Program-made: the position numbers and the translations under genes
In this document: piece by piece, positions 42,711 to 52,417 of the stretch
How positions within the stretch are numbered: the first letter of the stretch is position 1
Layout: every line of letters begins with the position of its first letter
Notes under the pieces: generated by a model
Database searches by the model: none
What the model saw: the letters and a program-made list of their open reading frames with translations, nothing else
Told to the model about the DNA's origin: nothing
From: Dehalococcoidia bacterium
GTDB taxonomy: Bacteria > Chloroflexota > Dehalococcoidia > Lucifugimonadales > Australimonadaceae
Length of the DNA stretch: 64,000 nucleotides
Assembly (NCBI GenBank): GCA_034421335.1
Contig: DAOUKL010000055.1
Span: 4,870-68,869 of the forward strand
Reading direction: 5' to 3'

Positions 42711-43577
42711 CTACCCTGTCGCTTCCTTGAAGCGGCGGATGGCGTCGACGTGGGCGTCGGCGCCGGAGAGGCCGGCGCGGAGGGGGTTGAAGGCGACGTG
42801 CGTGGCGCCGAGACCGCGCCAGGCTTCGAGCCGCTCAATGGCTGTGTCGAACCCGCCGTCGCGGAGGCCGACACGGGCGTCGACGCCAACGTCCGCCGGG
42901 TCGCGGTCCGCCTCGGCGATGAAGCCGCGGAAGCGTTCGAGCGCCGCCCTGCCCTCGTCGTCGGGGGCGAGTTGGGGCATCCAACCGTCGCCGAGGCGGG
43001 CGATGCGCCGGAGCACGCGGTCTGTCCTGCCGCCGCCGAACCAGACGGGAATGGGGCGCTGCACGGGGAGCGGGCGGATGCCGGCGCGGGAAACGTCGTG
43101 CCACTGGCCGTGGAAGTCGACGATGTCGTTCGTCCAGAGGGCGCGCAGGAGCGCCACCTGCTCCTCCGAGCGCTTGCCGCGGTCGTGGAAGTTCTCGCCG
43201 AGCGCCTCGTACTCGACGTCGTTCCATCCGACGCCTATGCCGAGCCGGAGGCGTCCGCCGCTGAGGAGATCGACCTCCGCGGCCTGCTTGGCGACCAGGG
43301 CGGTCTGGCGCTGGGGAAGGATGATGACTGCGGTTACGAGCCCGATGCTGCGGGTTGCGCCGGCCAGGTAGCCGAACGTTACGAGCGGCTCGTGAAAGGG
43401 GTCGGCGGCGGAGTAGTGCCCCGACCACCCGGGCCGGGACGCCGCGTCGGCGCCGAGGACGTGGTCGTAGAAGATGAGGTATTCGTAGCCGAGGTCTTCC
43501 GCCGCCTGGGCGAACTCGCGGACGGCGCCGGGGTCTTCGCCGAGCTCGTTCTGGGGGAATACGACGCCTAGCTGCAT
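42711..43577 (-). CDS. LLM-class (F420/flavin-dependent) oxidoreductase
   Basis: 288 aa. MQLGVVFPQNE N-terminus, GGRLRLGIGVGW motif, luciferase-like pattern. Confidence 0.85.
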   Translation of the reverse strand: MQLGVVFPQNELGEDPGAVREFAQAAEDLGYEYLIFYDHVLGADAASRPGWSGHYSAADPFHEPLVTFGYLAGATRSIGLVTAVIILPQRQTALVAKQAAEVDLLSGGRLRLGIGVGWNDVEYEALGENFHDRGKRSEEQVALLRALWTNDIVDFHGQWHDVSRAGIRPLPVQRPIPVWFGGGRTDRVLRRIARLGDGWMPQLAPDDEGRAALERFRGFIAEADRDPADVGVDARVGLRDGGFDTAIERLEAWRGLGATHVAFNPLRAGLSGADAHVDAIRRFKEATG

Positions 43578-43589
43578 GGGCGCTCCTTG

Positions 43590-44456
43590 TCAGCGAGGTT
43601 GCGCGGCGCCTGCGGGAGCGCCGGTGTGGCGGGCGATGAACGACTTCATGAGGTCGACGGCGCGGTCGGTCTCCGGGCCGGGTTCGCGCGCGAACTGGTG
43701 CGGCATGCCAGGGAAGGCGTGGTAGTCGGCAAGACCGCCGGCGTCGGCGTAGCGCTCGGCGAAGCGCTGCGGGATTTCGTGGGGGATGTTGCCGTCCGCC
43801 GTTCCCTGCAAAACGAGCAGCGGCGGCAGCGCGACCGGCTCGCCGCGGTCGAGCATCTCCTGTGGGTTGGCCTCGTGCACGGCGTCCCACGGCTGGAAGT
43901 AGTTTTCGGTGGAGCGCACGAGCCGCTCGACGCCGGCGCCCTTGGCCCACTCATAGCGCGCGAACGGGTCGACGATGGCCCAGAGGGCGATGACGAACGC
44001 GAGGCCCGCGTCGGCGCCCACGCCGTCGGCGTCGACAGCCGCGTAGCGTGGGTCGTTCGGGCGCATGGCGGAGAGGAGGATGGTGTGGCCTCCGCTGGAG
44101 TCTCCGGCGCCTCCGACGCACGCCGGGTCGCCGTTGAAGTCGGCGGCATGGGCCTTGAGCCACCGGACGGCGAAGTGGGTCTGGGCGACCTGCGCGGGGT
44201 ACGGATGGTCGGGCGCGAGCTGGAAGTCGTGGGCGGCGACGACAAGTCCGCTCTCGGCGAGCCGGTTGTCGATGAGCGCCGCGCCCTCCCGGTCGCCGGT
44301 GTTCCACGCGCCGCCGTGGGCGCGCAGGAGCATGGGATAGGGCCCGCCCTGCGCAGGACGGCGCACCGTCATGAGGAGCGATTCGCCGTCGACGCGCAGG
44401 TACTCCACGTCCTGGGCGACGATGTCGAAACTTGCGGCGGGGTCGTAGCGGGTCAT
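43590..44456 (-). CDS. Alpha/beta hydrolase (HSL-type esterase/lipase)
   Basis: 288 aa. HGGAW oxyanion motif and GDSSGG nucleophile elbow. Confidence 0.85.
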   Translation of the reverse strand: MTRYDPAASFDIVAQDVEYLRVDGESLLMTVRRPAQGGPYPMLLRAHGGAWNTGDREGAALIDNRLAESGLVVAAHDFQLAPDHPYPAQVAQTHFAVRWLKAHAADFNGDPACVGGAGDSSGGHTILLSAMRPNDPRYAAVDADGVGADAGLAFVIALWAIVDPFARYEWAKGAGVERLVRSTENYFQPWDAVHEANPQEMLDRGEPVALPPLLVLQGTADGNIPHEIPQRFAERYADAGGLADYHAFPGMPHQFAREPGPETDRAVDLMKSFIARHTGAPAGAAQPR

Positions 44457-44487
44457 ACGGGGAGCATACCTGAACCGGCGCGCGGAT

Positions 44488-44768
44488 GCCCCCGCCCTTC
44501 GGGGCTGCCCCCACTCTTGTGGGGCAGTTTCCCTCTCTGCCTTCGGCCTCTCCCCCAGAGGGGGAGAGGGGATGGATTCCCGCCTGCGCGGGAATGACGG
44601 GTGCGCCCTCTCTGCCCCTCCGGGGCATCTCCCCCAGAGGGTGAGAGCGGGCCTCGCCTCCCCGTGGGGGCGCGAAGCGCGGGGGAGGGGGCTGCAAGGT
44701 TCCTGCCTTCGCAGGAACGACGGCCCCTGCCCTCTCCCCAGCCCTCCCCCGTCTTCGGGGGAGGGGGT
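44488..44768. repeat. Largest stack of intergenic hairpin repeats (C, P, C, short hairpins, P variant, B)
   Basis: Includes ccctctctgccttcggcctctcccccagagggggagagg, ggattcccgcctgcgcgggaatgacgg, gccctctctgcccctccggggcatctcccccagagggtgaga, ggttcctgccttcgcaggaacgacgg and ccctctccccagccctcccccgtcttcgggggaggggg. Lies between the pnp stop and the esterase start. Confidence 0.85.
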
Positions 44769-44779
44769 TAGGCGCTCGC

Positions 44780-46987
44780 CTAGCGGCGCTCGAACTCGCG
44801 GGGACGGCGGGGGCCGCGGTCGCGGTCACGGTCGGGGCGGCGCCGGTCGCCGTTGTCGCGTCCGCCGCCGTTGCGGCTCGGCGGCCTGGCGGAGGCGACG
44901 TCCTCCGGGGAGAGGCCCTCGAGGACAGCCCTGCGCGAGAGGTTGACGCGCCCCATGCGGTCGATCTCGACGACCATCACCTCGACCTCGTCGCCTATCT
45001 TGACGACGGAGTCGACGGAGTCGACGCGCTTGGTGTCGAGCTCGCTGATGTGGACCATACCGTCCTTGCCGGGGAGGATCTCGACGAAGGCGCCGAAGTT
45101 CATGATGCGGGTGACCTTGCCGGAGTAGCGCTCGCCGATCTGGACCTCCTTGGTGAGGCCCTCGACCATGCGGATCGCCTCTTCGGCGGACTCCTGGCTG
45201 GCTGCGCCGATGGTCACCGAGCCGTCGTTGTCAACGTCGATGGACGCGCCGGTGGCGTCGATGATGCCGCGGATAGTCTTGCCGCCGGGGCCGATGAGGG
45301 CGCCTATCTTGTCGGCGGGGATGCTGATGCGGGTCATGCGCGGGGCGTTGGCGTTGAGCTCGGGACGCGGCTGGCCGATCGTGCTCAGCATGTGCTGGAG
45401 AATGAACGCGCGGCCCTCCTTCGCCTGGGCGAGGGCCTGCCGGAAGATCTCCTGCGTGATGCCGGCGACCTTGATGTCCATCTGCAGAGCGGTGATGCCT
45501 TCGGCGGAGCCGGCGACCTTGAAGTCCATGTCGCCGAAGAAGTCCTCGACTCCCTGGATGTCGGTGAGCACCTGGAAGTTGCCGGCCTCGTCGGTCATCA
45601 GGCCCATGGCGACGCCGGAGACGGGACGCTTGATGGGGACGCCTGCGTCCATGAGCGACATGGTGCTGCCGCAGACGCTGCCCATGGAGGTGCTGCCGTT
45701 GGAGCCGAGCGCCTCGGAGACGACGCGGAAGGCGTAGGGGAACTCGGTCTCGTCGGGAATGACGGGGAGCAGGGCGCGCTCGGCGAGGGCGCCGTGGCCG
45801 ATCTCGCGGCGTCCGGTACCCATGCGCCGGGCCTCGCCGGTGGAGAACGGCGGGAAGTTGTAGTGGTGGATGTAGCGCTTGGAGTCCTCGGGGCTAAGGC
45901 CGTCGAGCTTCTGCTCCATGCTGAGGGAGCCGAGCGTGGCCACGGTGAGGATCTGGGTCTCGCCGCGCTGGAAGAGCGCGGAGCCGTGCGTGCGGGGCAG
46001 CAGTCCTACCTCGCTGGAGAGGGGCCGCACCTCGGTGAGCTTGCGGCCGTCGGGGCGCTTGCCCTCCTTGATGACCTTCTCGCGGACGATCTTCTTCAGC
46101 ACGTCGTCGAACACGCCGGCGACGGCCTTGGCGTCGTACTCCTCGCCGAACTCCTGGACCGCCTGGCGCTCAGCAGCCTTGATGTGCTCGTTGCGCTCGC
46201 CGCGTCCCTGCCCGCGGTCGATGACGCTTTCGAGCGTGGAGCGCACCAGCGCGTCGACCTTGGCGGTCAGCGCCGGGTCGGGACCCTGGGAAAAGACGGG
46301 CTCCGCCTTGGGGACGCCGACTTCGGCGGCGAGTTTGTCCTGCATCTCGATGATGCTGACGTTGGTCTCCTGTCCGATTCGGAGCGCCTCGAGGACGACC
46401 TCCTCGCTGACCTCCTTGGCGCCGGCCTCGATCATGATGACGGCGTCGCGGCTGCCGGCGATGCTCAGGTCGAGCTTGCTGCGGGCGAGTTCCTCGAAGG
46501 TGGGGTTCACCACGAGTTCGCCGTCGACGTAGCCCATGCGGGTCGCGGCGACGGGCCCGTTGAAGGGGATGTGGGAGACGGAGAGGGCGGCGGAGGCGCC
46601 GATGATGCCGAGGATGTCGGGCTGGTTGACGTGGTCGGCGGAGAGGACGGTTACGATGATCTGCACCTCGTTCCGCATCCCCTTGGGGAAGCGGGGGCGC
46701 AGCGGCCTGTCGGTGAGGCGCGCGGCGAGCGTGGCCTCGGTGGTGGGCCGGCCCTCGCGGCGGAAGAAGCTGCCGGGGATGCGTCCGACGGCGTAGAGGC
46801 GCTCTTCGTACTCGATGGTGAGCGGGAAGAAGTCGAGCCCCTCGCGGACGCCGCCCATGACGGCGGTGACGAGGACGACGGCGTCGCCGTAGCGGACGAC
46901 GGCTGAGCCGTGGGCCTGCTGGGCGAGTTTGCCGGTCTCGATGGAGAGGGTTCGTCCGGCTATCTGTATCTCGTGGCGGGTGGGCAT
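44780..46987 (-). CDS. pnp: Polyribonucleotide nucleotidyltransferase (PNPase)
   Basis: 735 aa. Two RNase PH domains, KH and S1 regions, Arg/Gly/Asp-rich tail. Sits downstream of rpsO as in many bacteria. Confidence 0.95.
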   Translation of the reverse strand: MPTRHEIQIAGRTLSIETGKLAQQAHGSAVVRYGDAVVLVTAVMGGVREGLDFFPLTIEYEERLYAVGRIPGSFFRREGRPTTEATLAARLTDRPLRPRFPKGMRNEVQIIVTVLSADHVNQPDILGIIGASAALSVSHIPFNGPVAATRMGYVDGELVVNPTFEELARSKLDLSIAGSRDAVIMIEAGAKEVSEEVVLEALRIGQETNVSIIEMQDKLAAEVGVPKAEPVFSQGPDPALTAKVDALVRSTLESVIDRGQGRGERNEHIKAAERQAVQEFGEEYDAKAVAGVFDDVLKKIVREKVIKEGKRPDGRKLTEVRPLSSEVGLLPRTHGSALFQRGETQILTVATLGSLSMEQKLDGLSPEDSKRYIHHYNFPPFSTGEARRMGTGRREIGHGALAERALLPVIPDETEFPYAFRVVSEALGSNGSTSMGSVCGSTMSLMDAGVPIKRPVSGVAMGLMTDEAGNFQVLTDIQGVEDFFGDMDFKVAGSAEGITALQMDIKVAGITQEIFRQALAQAKEGRAFILQHMLSTIGQPRPELNANAPRMTRISIPADKIGALIGPGGKTIRGIIDATGASIDVDNDGSVTIGAASQESAEEAIRMVEGLTKEVQIGERYSGKVTRIMNFGAFVEILPGKDGMVHISELDTKRVDSVDSVVKIGDEVEVMVVEIDRMGRVNLSRRAVLEGLSPEDVASARPPSRNGGGRDNGDRRRPDRDRDRGPRRPREFERR

Positions 46988-47050
46988 ACGGGAACACTCC
47001 TCTTGTGTGGACCCGCGAGCGAGAGGAGCGAGTGAGAAGGGAGGGCTATG

Positions 47051-47079
47051 CGAAAACGACGCCCTGTGGAAGGGCGCCG
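47051..47079 (-). terminator. Intrinsic terminator/attenuator hairpin between rpsO and pnp
   Basis: Minus strand reads cggcgccct-tccac-agggcgtcg followed by ttttcg. It begins 12 nt after the rpsO stop and lies 64 nt before the pnp ATG. Confidence 0.6.
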
Positions 47080-47090
47080 TTGCAACGAGG

Positions 47091-47357
47091 TTACCTGCGC
47101 AGCCCGAGTCTGGTGATGACCGACCGGTAGCGCGCTACGTCTTCGTTCGCGAGGTAGCGCAGGAGCCGGCGGCGGCGCCCGACCATCTTCAAGAGACCCC
47201 TTCGCGTGGCGTGGTCCTTGTGGTTATGGCGGAGGTGATCGGTCAGGCCGCGAATGCGCTCGGAGAGAAGGGCCACCTGCACTTCGGTGGAGCCGGTGTC
47301 GCCCGGCTTGGTCTGGTATTCCCCGATAATGCGTTGCTTGGCAGCAGTGTCCAGCAT
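47091..47357 (-). CDS. rpsO: 30S ribosomal protein S15
   Basis: 88 aa. Motifs ...[20 protein letters not shown]...KDH..RRGLL..V..RR.LL.YL are typical of S15. Confidence 0.95.
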   Translation of the reverse strand: MLDTAAKQRIIGEYQTKPGDTGSTEVQVALLSERIRGLTDHLRHNHKDHATRRGLLKMVGRRRRLLRYLANEDVARYRSVITRLGLRR

Positions 47358-47526
47358 GTTCCGTCCCGCGGGACCTTAATCGTCTAGTCCGCTCTTGTTC
47401 TGTTCCAAAGCAGTATACACCATGCCGGCGGAATGGGAAGAGGGCGCGGCGCGCCCGGACGCCGGCGCCGGCCGCCGCCGACAGTAGTATGCTTGCCCCG
47501 CGATCTGCGGGAGAGGGAGATCAGCT

Positions 47527-48477
47527 ATGCCGGAGCCGCCAACGCAGGACGAAGTCCTGTCCTACTTCACCTCGCTGAGCAACTGGGGCCGGTGGGGCGA
47601 CGACGATGAGCTCGGCACGATGAACCACATCACGCCGGAGACGCGCCGCCGGGCGGCGGCGCTGGTGCGGGAGGGCGTCGCAGTGTCGTGCGCGCGGACG
47701 CTCAGCAACGCCGCCGGGCCGGACGTGACGGCGCAACCGGTCCACTACATGATCGAGTCGGGCGAGGGCTACGCCCACGACGAGAAGGCGGGGCCGCCCC
47801 GGTCGGCGCAGACCTCATCGGACTTCATCGGCGTCGCATTCCATGGTCACACCGTCACGCACGTCGACAGCCTCTCTCACTTCTTCTTCGACGGGAAGAT
47901 GTACAACGGCAAGCCCTCCAGCCTCGTGTCCACGCGCTACGGCGCGCTCAGGGAGTCGATAGAGGTGCTGCAGGCCGGCGTCCTCGCCCGCGGCGTGCTG
48001 CTCGACATCCCCCGGCTGCGCGGGGCGCCGTGGCTCAACCCGGGCGAGGGCGTGCTGCGGGAGGACCTGGAGGCGGCGGAAGACGCCGAGGGCGTCCAGG
48101 TGGAACCCGGAGACGTCCTCCTCGTGCGGACGGGACAGTTGCGCCGCCGCGCGGAGCTCGGCCCGTGGAACATCGCCGTGGAGGGCGGCACGGGCACGCA
48201 CGCCGATTGCCTGCCCTTCTACCATGAGCGCTCAATCGCCATGCTGGGGTCGGACACGGGCAACAGCCTGCCGCATCCCGGGTTCGACCGGCTGACCAAC
48301 CCCGTTCACCAGGTGGGCATCGTGGGCATGGGCCTCTGGATTCTGGACAACGCGGACCTCGAGCGGCTCGCCGAGGCGTGCGCGGAACGAGGGCGCTGGG
48401 AGTTCATGATCACCATCAACCCGCTTCGCATCGAAGGGGGCACGGGCTCTCCCGTGAACCCCATCGCGGTGTTCTGA
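47527..48477 (+). CDS. Cyclase-family protein (kynurenine-formamidase-like)
   Basis: 316 aa. HGHTVTHVDSLSH matches the cyclase HxGTHxDxPxH-type motif. Confidence 0.8.
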   Translation: MPEPPTQDEVLSYFTSLSNWGRWGDDDELGTMNHITPETRRRAAALVREGVAVSCARTLSNAAGPDVTAQPVHYMIESGEGYAHDEKAGPPRSAQTSSDFIGVAFHGHTVTHVDSLSHFFFDGKMYNGKPSSLVSTRYGALRESIEVLQAGVLARGVLLDIPRLRGAPWLNPGEGVLREDLEAAEDAEGVQVEPGDVLLVRTGQLRRRAELGPWNIAVEGGTGTHADCLPFYHERSIAMLGSDTGNSLPHPGFDRLTNPVHQVGIVGMGLWILDNADLERLAEACAERGRWEFMITINPLRIEGGTGSPVNPIAVF

Positions 48478-48478
48478 C

Positions 48479-49348
48479 GTGGCGCCGTCGCTCTGGGTCG
48501 ACCTGCTGGGAGCAACCGTGCGCTACGTGTCCGGCGCCCGGTACCGAACGCGGGTCATCGAGGCAGGCTCGGGAGACCCCCTGATCCTGATCCACGGGGT
48601 AGGCAGCAGCGCCGAGCTGTTCGCCCGGAACGTTATGAGCCTCGCGCAGGACTTCCACGTCTACGCGATCGATGCGCTCTACCACGGCTATTCGTCGCTC
48701 GAACCTTACGACGCCGAGCGCCGGGTGGAGCGTCAGGCGGAGGCAGTGGTGGACTTCATGGACGCGCTCGGCCTGCAATGGGCCCACATAGAGGGAGAGT
48801 CCATGGGCGCGGGCATCGCGTTCTACATCGGCCTCAACCACCCGGACCGCTGCGGCAAGCTCGTGCTGAACTCAGGCTCGTACTACGTCAACTTCAAGCG
48901 CTCGTTCCCGGCCACGCAGGAGGGCGCCCTGCTCGTGCCTCTCTGTCAGGACGCCGTAACGAACTACAGCTGGGAAACGGTCCGCAGGCGGATGGAATAC
49001 CTGGTCGCCAGCCCAAGCCACCTCACAGAGGAACTCATCGCGCTCCAGCACCATATGTACGGGGTCCCGGAGATACGCGCATCGATGGCGCGGGTTTACG
49101 GGCTGACCGCGCCGCGGCCCCGCCTGATGCACTACGAGGAAGAGGTCGCGGCGACCCTGCAACCCCCGGTGCTCGTAATGTGGACGGACCAGAACCGCGG
49201 CGCGGGGCCGGAGATCGGCGAGTACCTGGCAAGCGTAATCCCGGGGGCGCAGTTCGTCCTGATCGAGAACGCCGCCCACTGGCCCCAGTGGGAACAACCC
49301 CAACAGCACGACGAGGCAGTCAGAGCATTCCTCAAACAGCCGTGGTAA
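48479..49348 (+). CDS. Alpha/beta hydrolase (meta-cleavage-product hydrolase-like)
   Basis: 289 aa. GTG start 1 nt after the upstream stop. LILIHGVGSS and GESMGAG motifs. Confidence 0.85.
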   Translation: MAPSLWVDLLGATVRYVSGARYRTRVIEAGSGDPLILIHGVGSSAELFARNVMSLAQDFHVYAIDALYHGYSSLEPYDAERRVERQAEAVVDFMDALGLQWAHIEGESMGAGIAFYIGLNHPDRCGKLVLNSGSYYVNFKRSFPATQEGALLVPLCQDAVTNYSWETVRRRMEYLVASPSHLTEELIALQHHMYGVPEIRASMARVYGLTAPRPRLMHYEEEVAATLQPPVLVMWTDQNRGAGPEIGEYLASVIPGAQFVLIENAAHWPQWEQPQQHDEAVRAFLKQPW

Positions 49349-49534
49349 CGGCGTCGACGCGCTACGGCAGTCTCCCACTCCTCGGCATGAGACTGCTCAG
49401 CAGCAACCGGCTCGCTGTTGATGTCGTCGATGGCGGCCCTGTAACCATCGCCCCTCTGTAGCCGCCGCCCCCGTTTGCCATTCCCGCGCCGCGCCGGTAT
49501 CGTGCCCTGCCATCCCTACCCGTGAGGTCCCTTC

Positions 49535-50632
49535 GTGAAGATCGCCAGCGTCCACGCCACCACCCACAATGTTCCCGTGCCCGTCCCCCTGCTCGACGAG
49601 CCCGTTATGCGCCCGTTCGTGTTCTGCCGCGTGGAGACCGACGAGGGGCTCACGGGCTACGGCATCTCCGGGCCCATCCAGCGCAAGGCCGTGCGCGAGC
49701 ACATCAACGCCGAGCTCGGCCCGCTCACCCTCGGCATGGACCCGTTCGAGACGGAGCGCGTCTGGCACAAGCTGTACGTCGAGCACAACCCGCGCTCGCA
49801 GACCGGAACGTGGTCGTCCGGCGTGAGCGCCATCGACATCGCGCTGTGGGACATCAAGGGAAAGGCGACGGGTCAGCCGGTGTGGCGCCTGCTGGGCGGA
49901 GCGCAGCCCGTCACGCCCGCCTACATCACGTTCGGGCTGCCGGAGTACTCCGTCGAGGAGCTCGTGACGGTCGCCAAGGACTTCGTCGCGCAGGGCGAGG
50001 ACAAGCTGAAGATGGTCGTCGGCGTCGCGGGCGACCACCAGGGCTGGCGAGAGGACTCCGACCGGGTGCACGCGGTGCGCGACGCCATCGGGCCCGGCGT
50101 GCAGCTGTCGATGGACGCGAACTACATGTTCCAGTTCAACAACGCGCTCAACCTGGCGAAGGCCGTTGAGGAGTGCAACGTCGAATGGTTCGAGGAGCCG
50201 GTGTGGGGAAACGATGCTCCGCTCCTGCACAACCTGCGGATGCGGACGAGCATCCCCATCTCCGCCGGCCAGAACGAGGGGCACCGCTTCCGCGCCCGCG
50301 AACTGCTCGTCCACCAGGCTGTCGACATCCTGCAGCCGAACGTCGTCTACTGCGGGGGCTACACGGAGGGCATGAAGTTCGCGGCGCTGGCGCAGGCGTT
50401 CAACCTGCCGATTGCGAACGGCGGCGGCTGGCCGCACCACAACATGCACCTGCAGGCCGCCGTGCCGAACGGCTGGCGCATCGAGTACCACTACGTGATG
50501 TGGAAGTGCGCCGAGATGGTGTTCGACGGCTGCGTCGGGCCGGAGAAGGGCTGGACCACGATGCCGGAGACCCCCGGCCTCGGCCTTGAACCCAAGTGGG
50601 ACGCCCTCGCCGAGTGGGAGGAGCAGGGTTGA
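49535..50632 (+). CDS. Mandelate racemase/muconate lactonizing enzyme-family (enolase superfamily) protein
   Basis: 365 aa with GTG start. Patterns ...AIDIALWDIKGK..., ...LSMDANY..., ...WFEEP... are typical of MR/MLE. Confidence 0.9.
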   Translation: MKIASVHATTHNVPVPVPLLDEPVMRPFVFCRVETDEGLTGYGISGPIQRKAVREHINAELGPLTLGMDPFETERVWHKLYVEHNPRSQTGTWSSGVSAIDIALWDIKGKATGQPVWRLLGGAQPVTPAYITFGLPEYSVEELVTVAKDFVAQGEDKLKMVVGVAGDHQGWREDSDRVHAVRDAIGPGVQLSMDANYMFQFNNALNLAKAVEECNVEWFEEPVWGNDAPLLHNLRMRTSIPISAGQNEGHRFRARELLVHQAVDILQPNVVYCGGYTEGMKFAALAQAFNLPIANGGGWPHHNMHLQAAVPNGWRIEYHYVMWKCAEMVFDGCVGPEKGWTTMPETPGLGLEPKWDALAEWEEQG

Positions 50633-50673
50633 CAGCCCCTTCGAGGGCCTGACCGACTGCCCGAAGACATATA

Positions 50674-50702
50674 AGGGCCCGGCTCGCGTGGAGCCGGGCC
50701 CT
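50674..50702. terminator. Bidirectional terminator hairpin between convergent genes
   Basis: agggcccggctc-gcgtg-gagccgggccct (12-bp stem). Followed by ctttgt on the plus strand and ttatatgtctt on the minus strand. Confidence 0.6.
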
Positions 50703-50728
50703 CTTTGTGGGTTGGACTTGCCGAGGCG

Positions 50729-51082
50729 CTAGACCGCTTCCTCGCCCCGCTCGCCCGTCCGCACCCGGACGACGTCCGCCACGGGCGAGATGAAGATCTT
50801 GCCGTCGCCGATCTCCCCTTCGCCGGGGGTGCGAGCGGCGTTGATGATCGCCTCGATCACCGCCTCCTTCATGTCGTCGTGGATGATGGTGCGGATCAGC
50901 GTCTTGGGCACTGCGTGCCGGTTGGCCACGGCCCCGCCGCGCCCGACGAACACCTCGACGCCGCGCTGGCGCCCCTCGCCGGTTACGTTGGAGTAGTAGA
51001 AGCCCTGGCACCCGGCGTCCTTCAAGGCCTCGGTCACGTGATTGATGCGTTCGGGCCGGATAACTGCTTCGATGCTTATCAT
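50729..51082 (-). CDS. glnK: P-II nitrogen regulatory protein
   Basis: 117 aa. IEAVIRPERI start and GDGKIF B-loop. Located directly downstream of the ammonium transporter gene. T-loop lacks Tyr (see findings). Confidence 0.9.
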   Translation of the reverse strand: MISIEAVIRPERINHVTEALKDAGCQGFYYSNVTGEGRQRGVEVFVGRGGAVANRHAVPKTLIRTIIHDDMKEAVIEAIINAARTPGEGEIGDGKIFISPVADVVRVRTGERGEEAV

Positions 51083-51146
51083 GGCGTCCCTCTCTCGCCC
51101 CGGGGGTATGCCCCTTAAGCATACCCCCGGGCGCTACTTCTGTGTG

Positions 51147-52340
51147 TTAGTCCGCGCCGTCGCTCACGTAGGCGCGTTCGCCGTGCGCGGCCACGTCGAG
51201 GCCCGTGCCCTCGTCGCGCCCGCTCACCCGCAGGCCAAGGCCGGGGATGAGGTCCAGCACCTTCAGGATGATCAGCGATGCGACGAACGAGTACGCGATA
51301 GTGGCCGCCACGCCGACCGCCTGGATCCCCAGCTGCTCGACGTTGCCCTCGATCAGTCCCTCGACCCCGGCGAACGCCGACACGGTGAAGATGCCCGTGG
51401 CCAGCGCGCCCCAGATGCCGCCAATACCGTGGACTGCGAACACGTCCAGCGCGTCGTCGATCCCCAGCTTCGGGCGAACGAGCACCGCGATGTAGCAGAA
51501 CACGCCCGCGCCGAGGCCGATGGCCAGCGCGCCCATGACGCCAACCGCGCCCGCGGCAGGGGTGATGGCGACCAAGCCGCCGACCGCGCCGGTCGCGACT
51601 CCTGCGGCGCTCATCTTCTTGTTCTGGATCTGCGACAGGACGCCCCACGTGAGGGCTGCGGTCGCCGCCGCGGTGTTCGTGACGAGGAACGCGTTGATGG
51701 CCACGCCGTCCGCCGCGAGTCCGGAGCCGGCGTTGAAGCCGAACCAGCCGAACCACAGCAGGGCGGCGCCGATTACGACGTACGGCACGTTGCCGGGCTC
51801 GAGGCCGGGGTCCCGCCGCTTGCCGAGCAGCAGCGCGGCGGCGACGGCGGCGACGGCGGCGTTGATGTGAACGACCGTGCCGCCCGCGAAGTCGAGCGCG
51901 CCGAGGTCGAACAGCCAGCCGTTGCCGGCCCATACCCAGTGGGCGATGGGCGCGTACACCAGCGTGACCCAGGCGACCAGGAACACGAGGTAGGTGGTGA
52001 ACTTGAACCGCTCGACCATCGCGCCGGTGATCAGGGCGGGCGTGATAATGGCGAACATCATCTGGAACACGGCGAACAGCATGTCGTCGCCGGGCTCCAC
52101 CCCGCTCAGGCCAATGAGCGAGAGGTCTCCTACGAGGGCGCTGCCCTCGCCGAACGCGACGCTGTAGCCCCAGAGCACCCAGACGACGCTCACGACCGCC
52201 ATGCTCATGAAGCTGAGCATGATCGTGCTGATGACGTTGCGGCTGCGCACCAGACCTCCGTAGAAGAAGGCCAGGCCCGGCGTCATCAGCAGCACCAGGG
52301 CCGAGGCCGTCAGCAACCAAGCTATCGAACCACTGTCCAT
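51147..52340 (-). CDS. amt: Ammonium transporter
   Basis: Start moved to ATG 52340, preceded by GAGGAG. MDSGSIAWLLTASALVLLMTPGLAFFYGG and FAVHGIGGIWG are Amt signatures. Confidence 0.9.
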   Translation of the reverse strand: MDSGSIAWLLTASALVLLMTPGLAFFYGGLVRSRNVISTIMLSFMSMAVVSVVWVLWGYSVAFGEGSALVGDLSLIGLSGVEPGDDMLFAVFQMMFAIITPALITGAMVERFKFTTYLVFLVAWVTLVYAPIAHWVWAGNGWLFDLGALDFAGGTVVHINAAVAAVAAALLLGKRRDPGLEPGNVPYVVIGAALLWFGWFGFNAGSGLAADGVAINAFLVTNTAAATAALTWGVLSQIQNKKMSAAGVATGAVGGLVAITPAAGAVGVMGALAIGLGAGVFCYIAVLVRPKLGIDDALDVFAVHGIGGIWGALATGIFTVSAFAGVEGLIEGNVEQLGIQAVGVAATIAYSFVASLIILKVLDLIPGLGLRVSGRDEGTGLDVAAHGERAYVSDGAD

Positions 52341-52417
52341 TGCGGCACACTCCTCAGTGGAATCAGGTATCGTTGGAAATGGTCGCACCCGCAACGCGGT
52401 CAATGTGTTGCCATTCC

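Noticed and set aside
44488-44768. Possible CRISPR array, because of densely repeated GC-rich palindromic units
   Set aside because: Units are of several different types, in both orientations, with irregular spacing. There are no unique spacers of constant length and no cas genes in the window.
47358-47526. rpsO promoter (TATACT at 47412-47417 on the minus strand) and an S15 autoregulatory leader hairpin (gtcccgcgggac just before the ATG)
   Set aside because: The -35 is poor, and the hairpin is only 4-5 bp with a tiny loop. That is too weak to report as a feature without conservation data.
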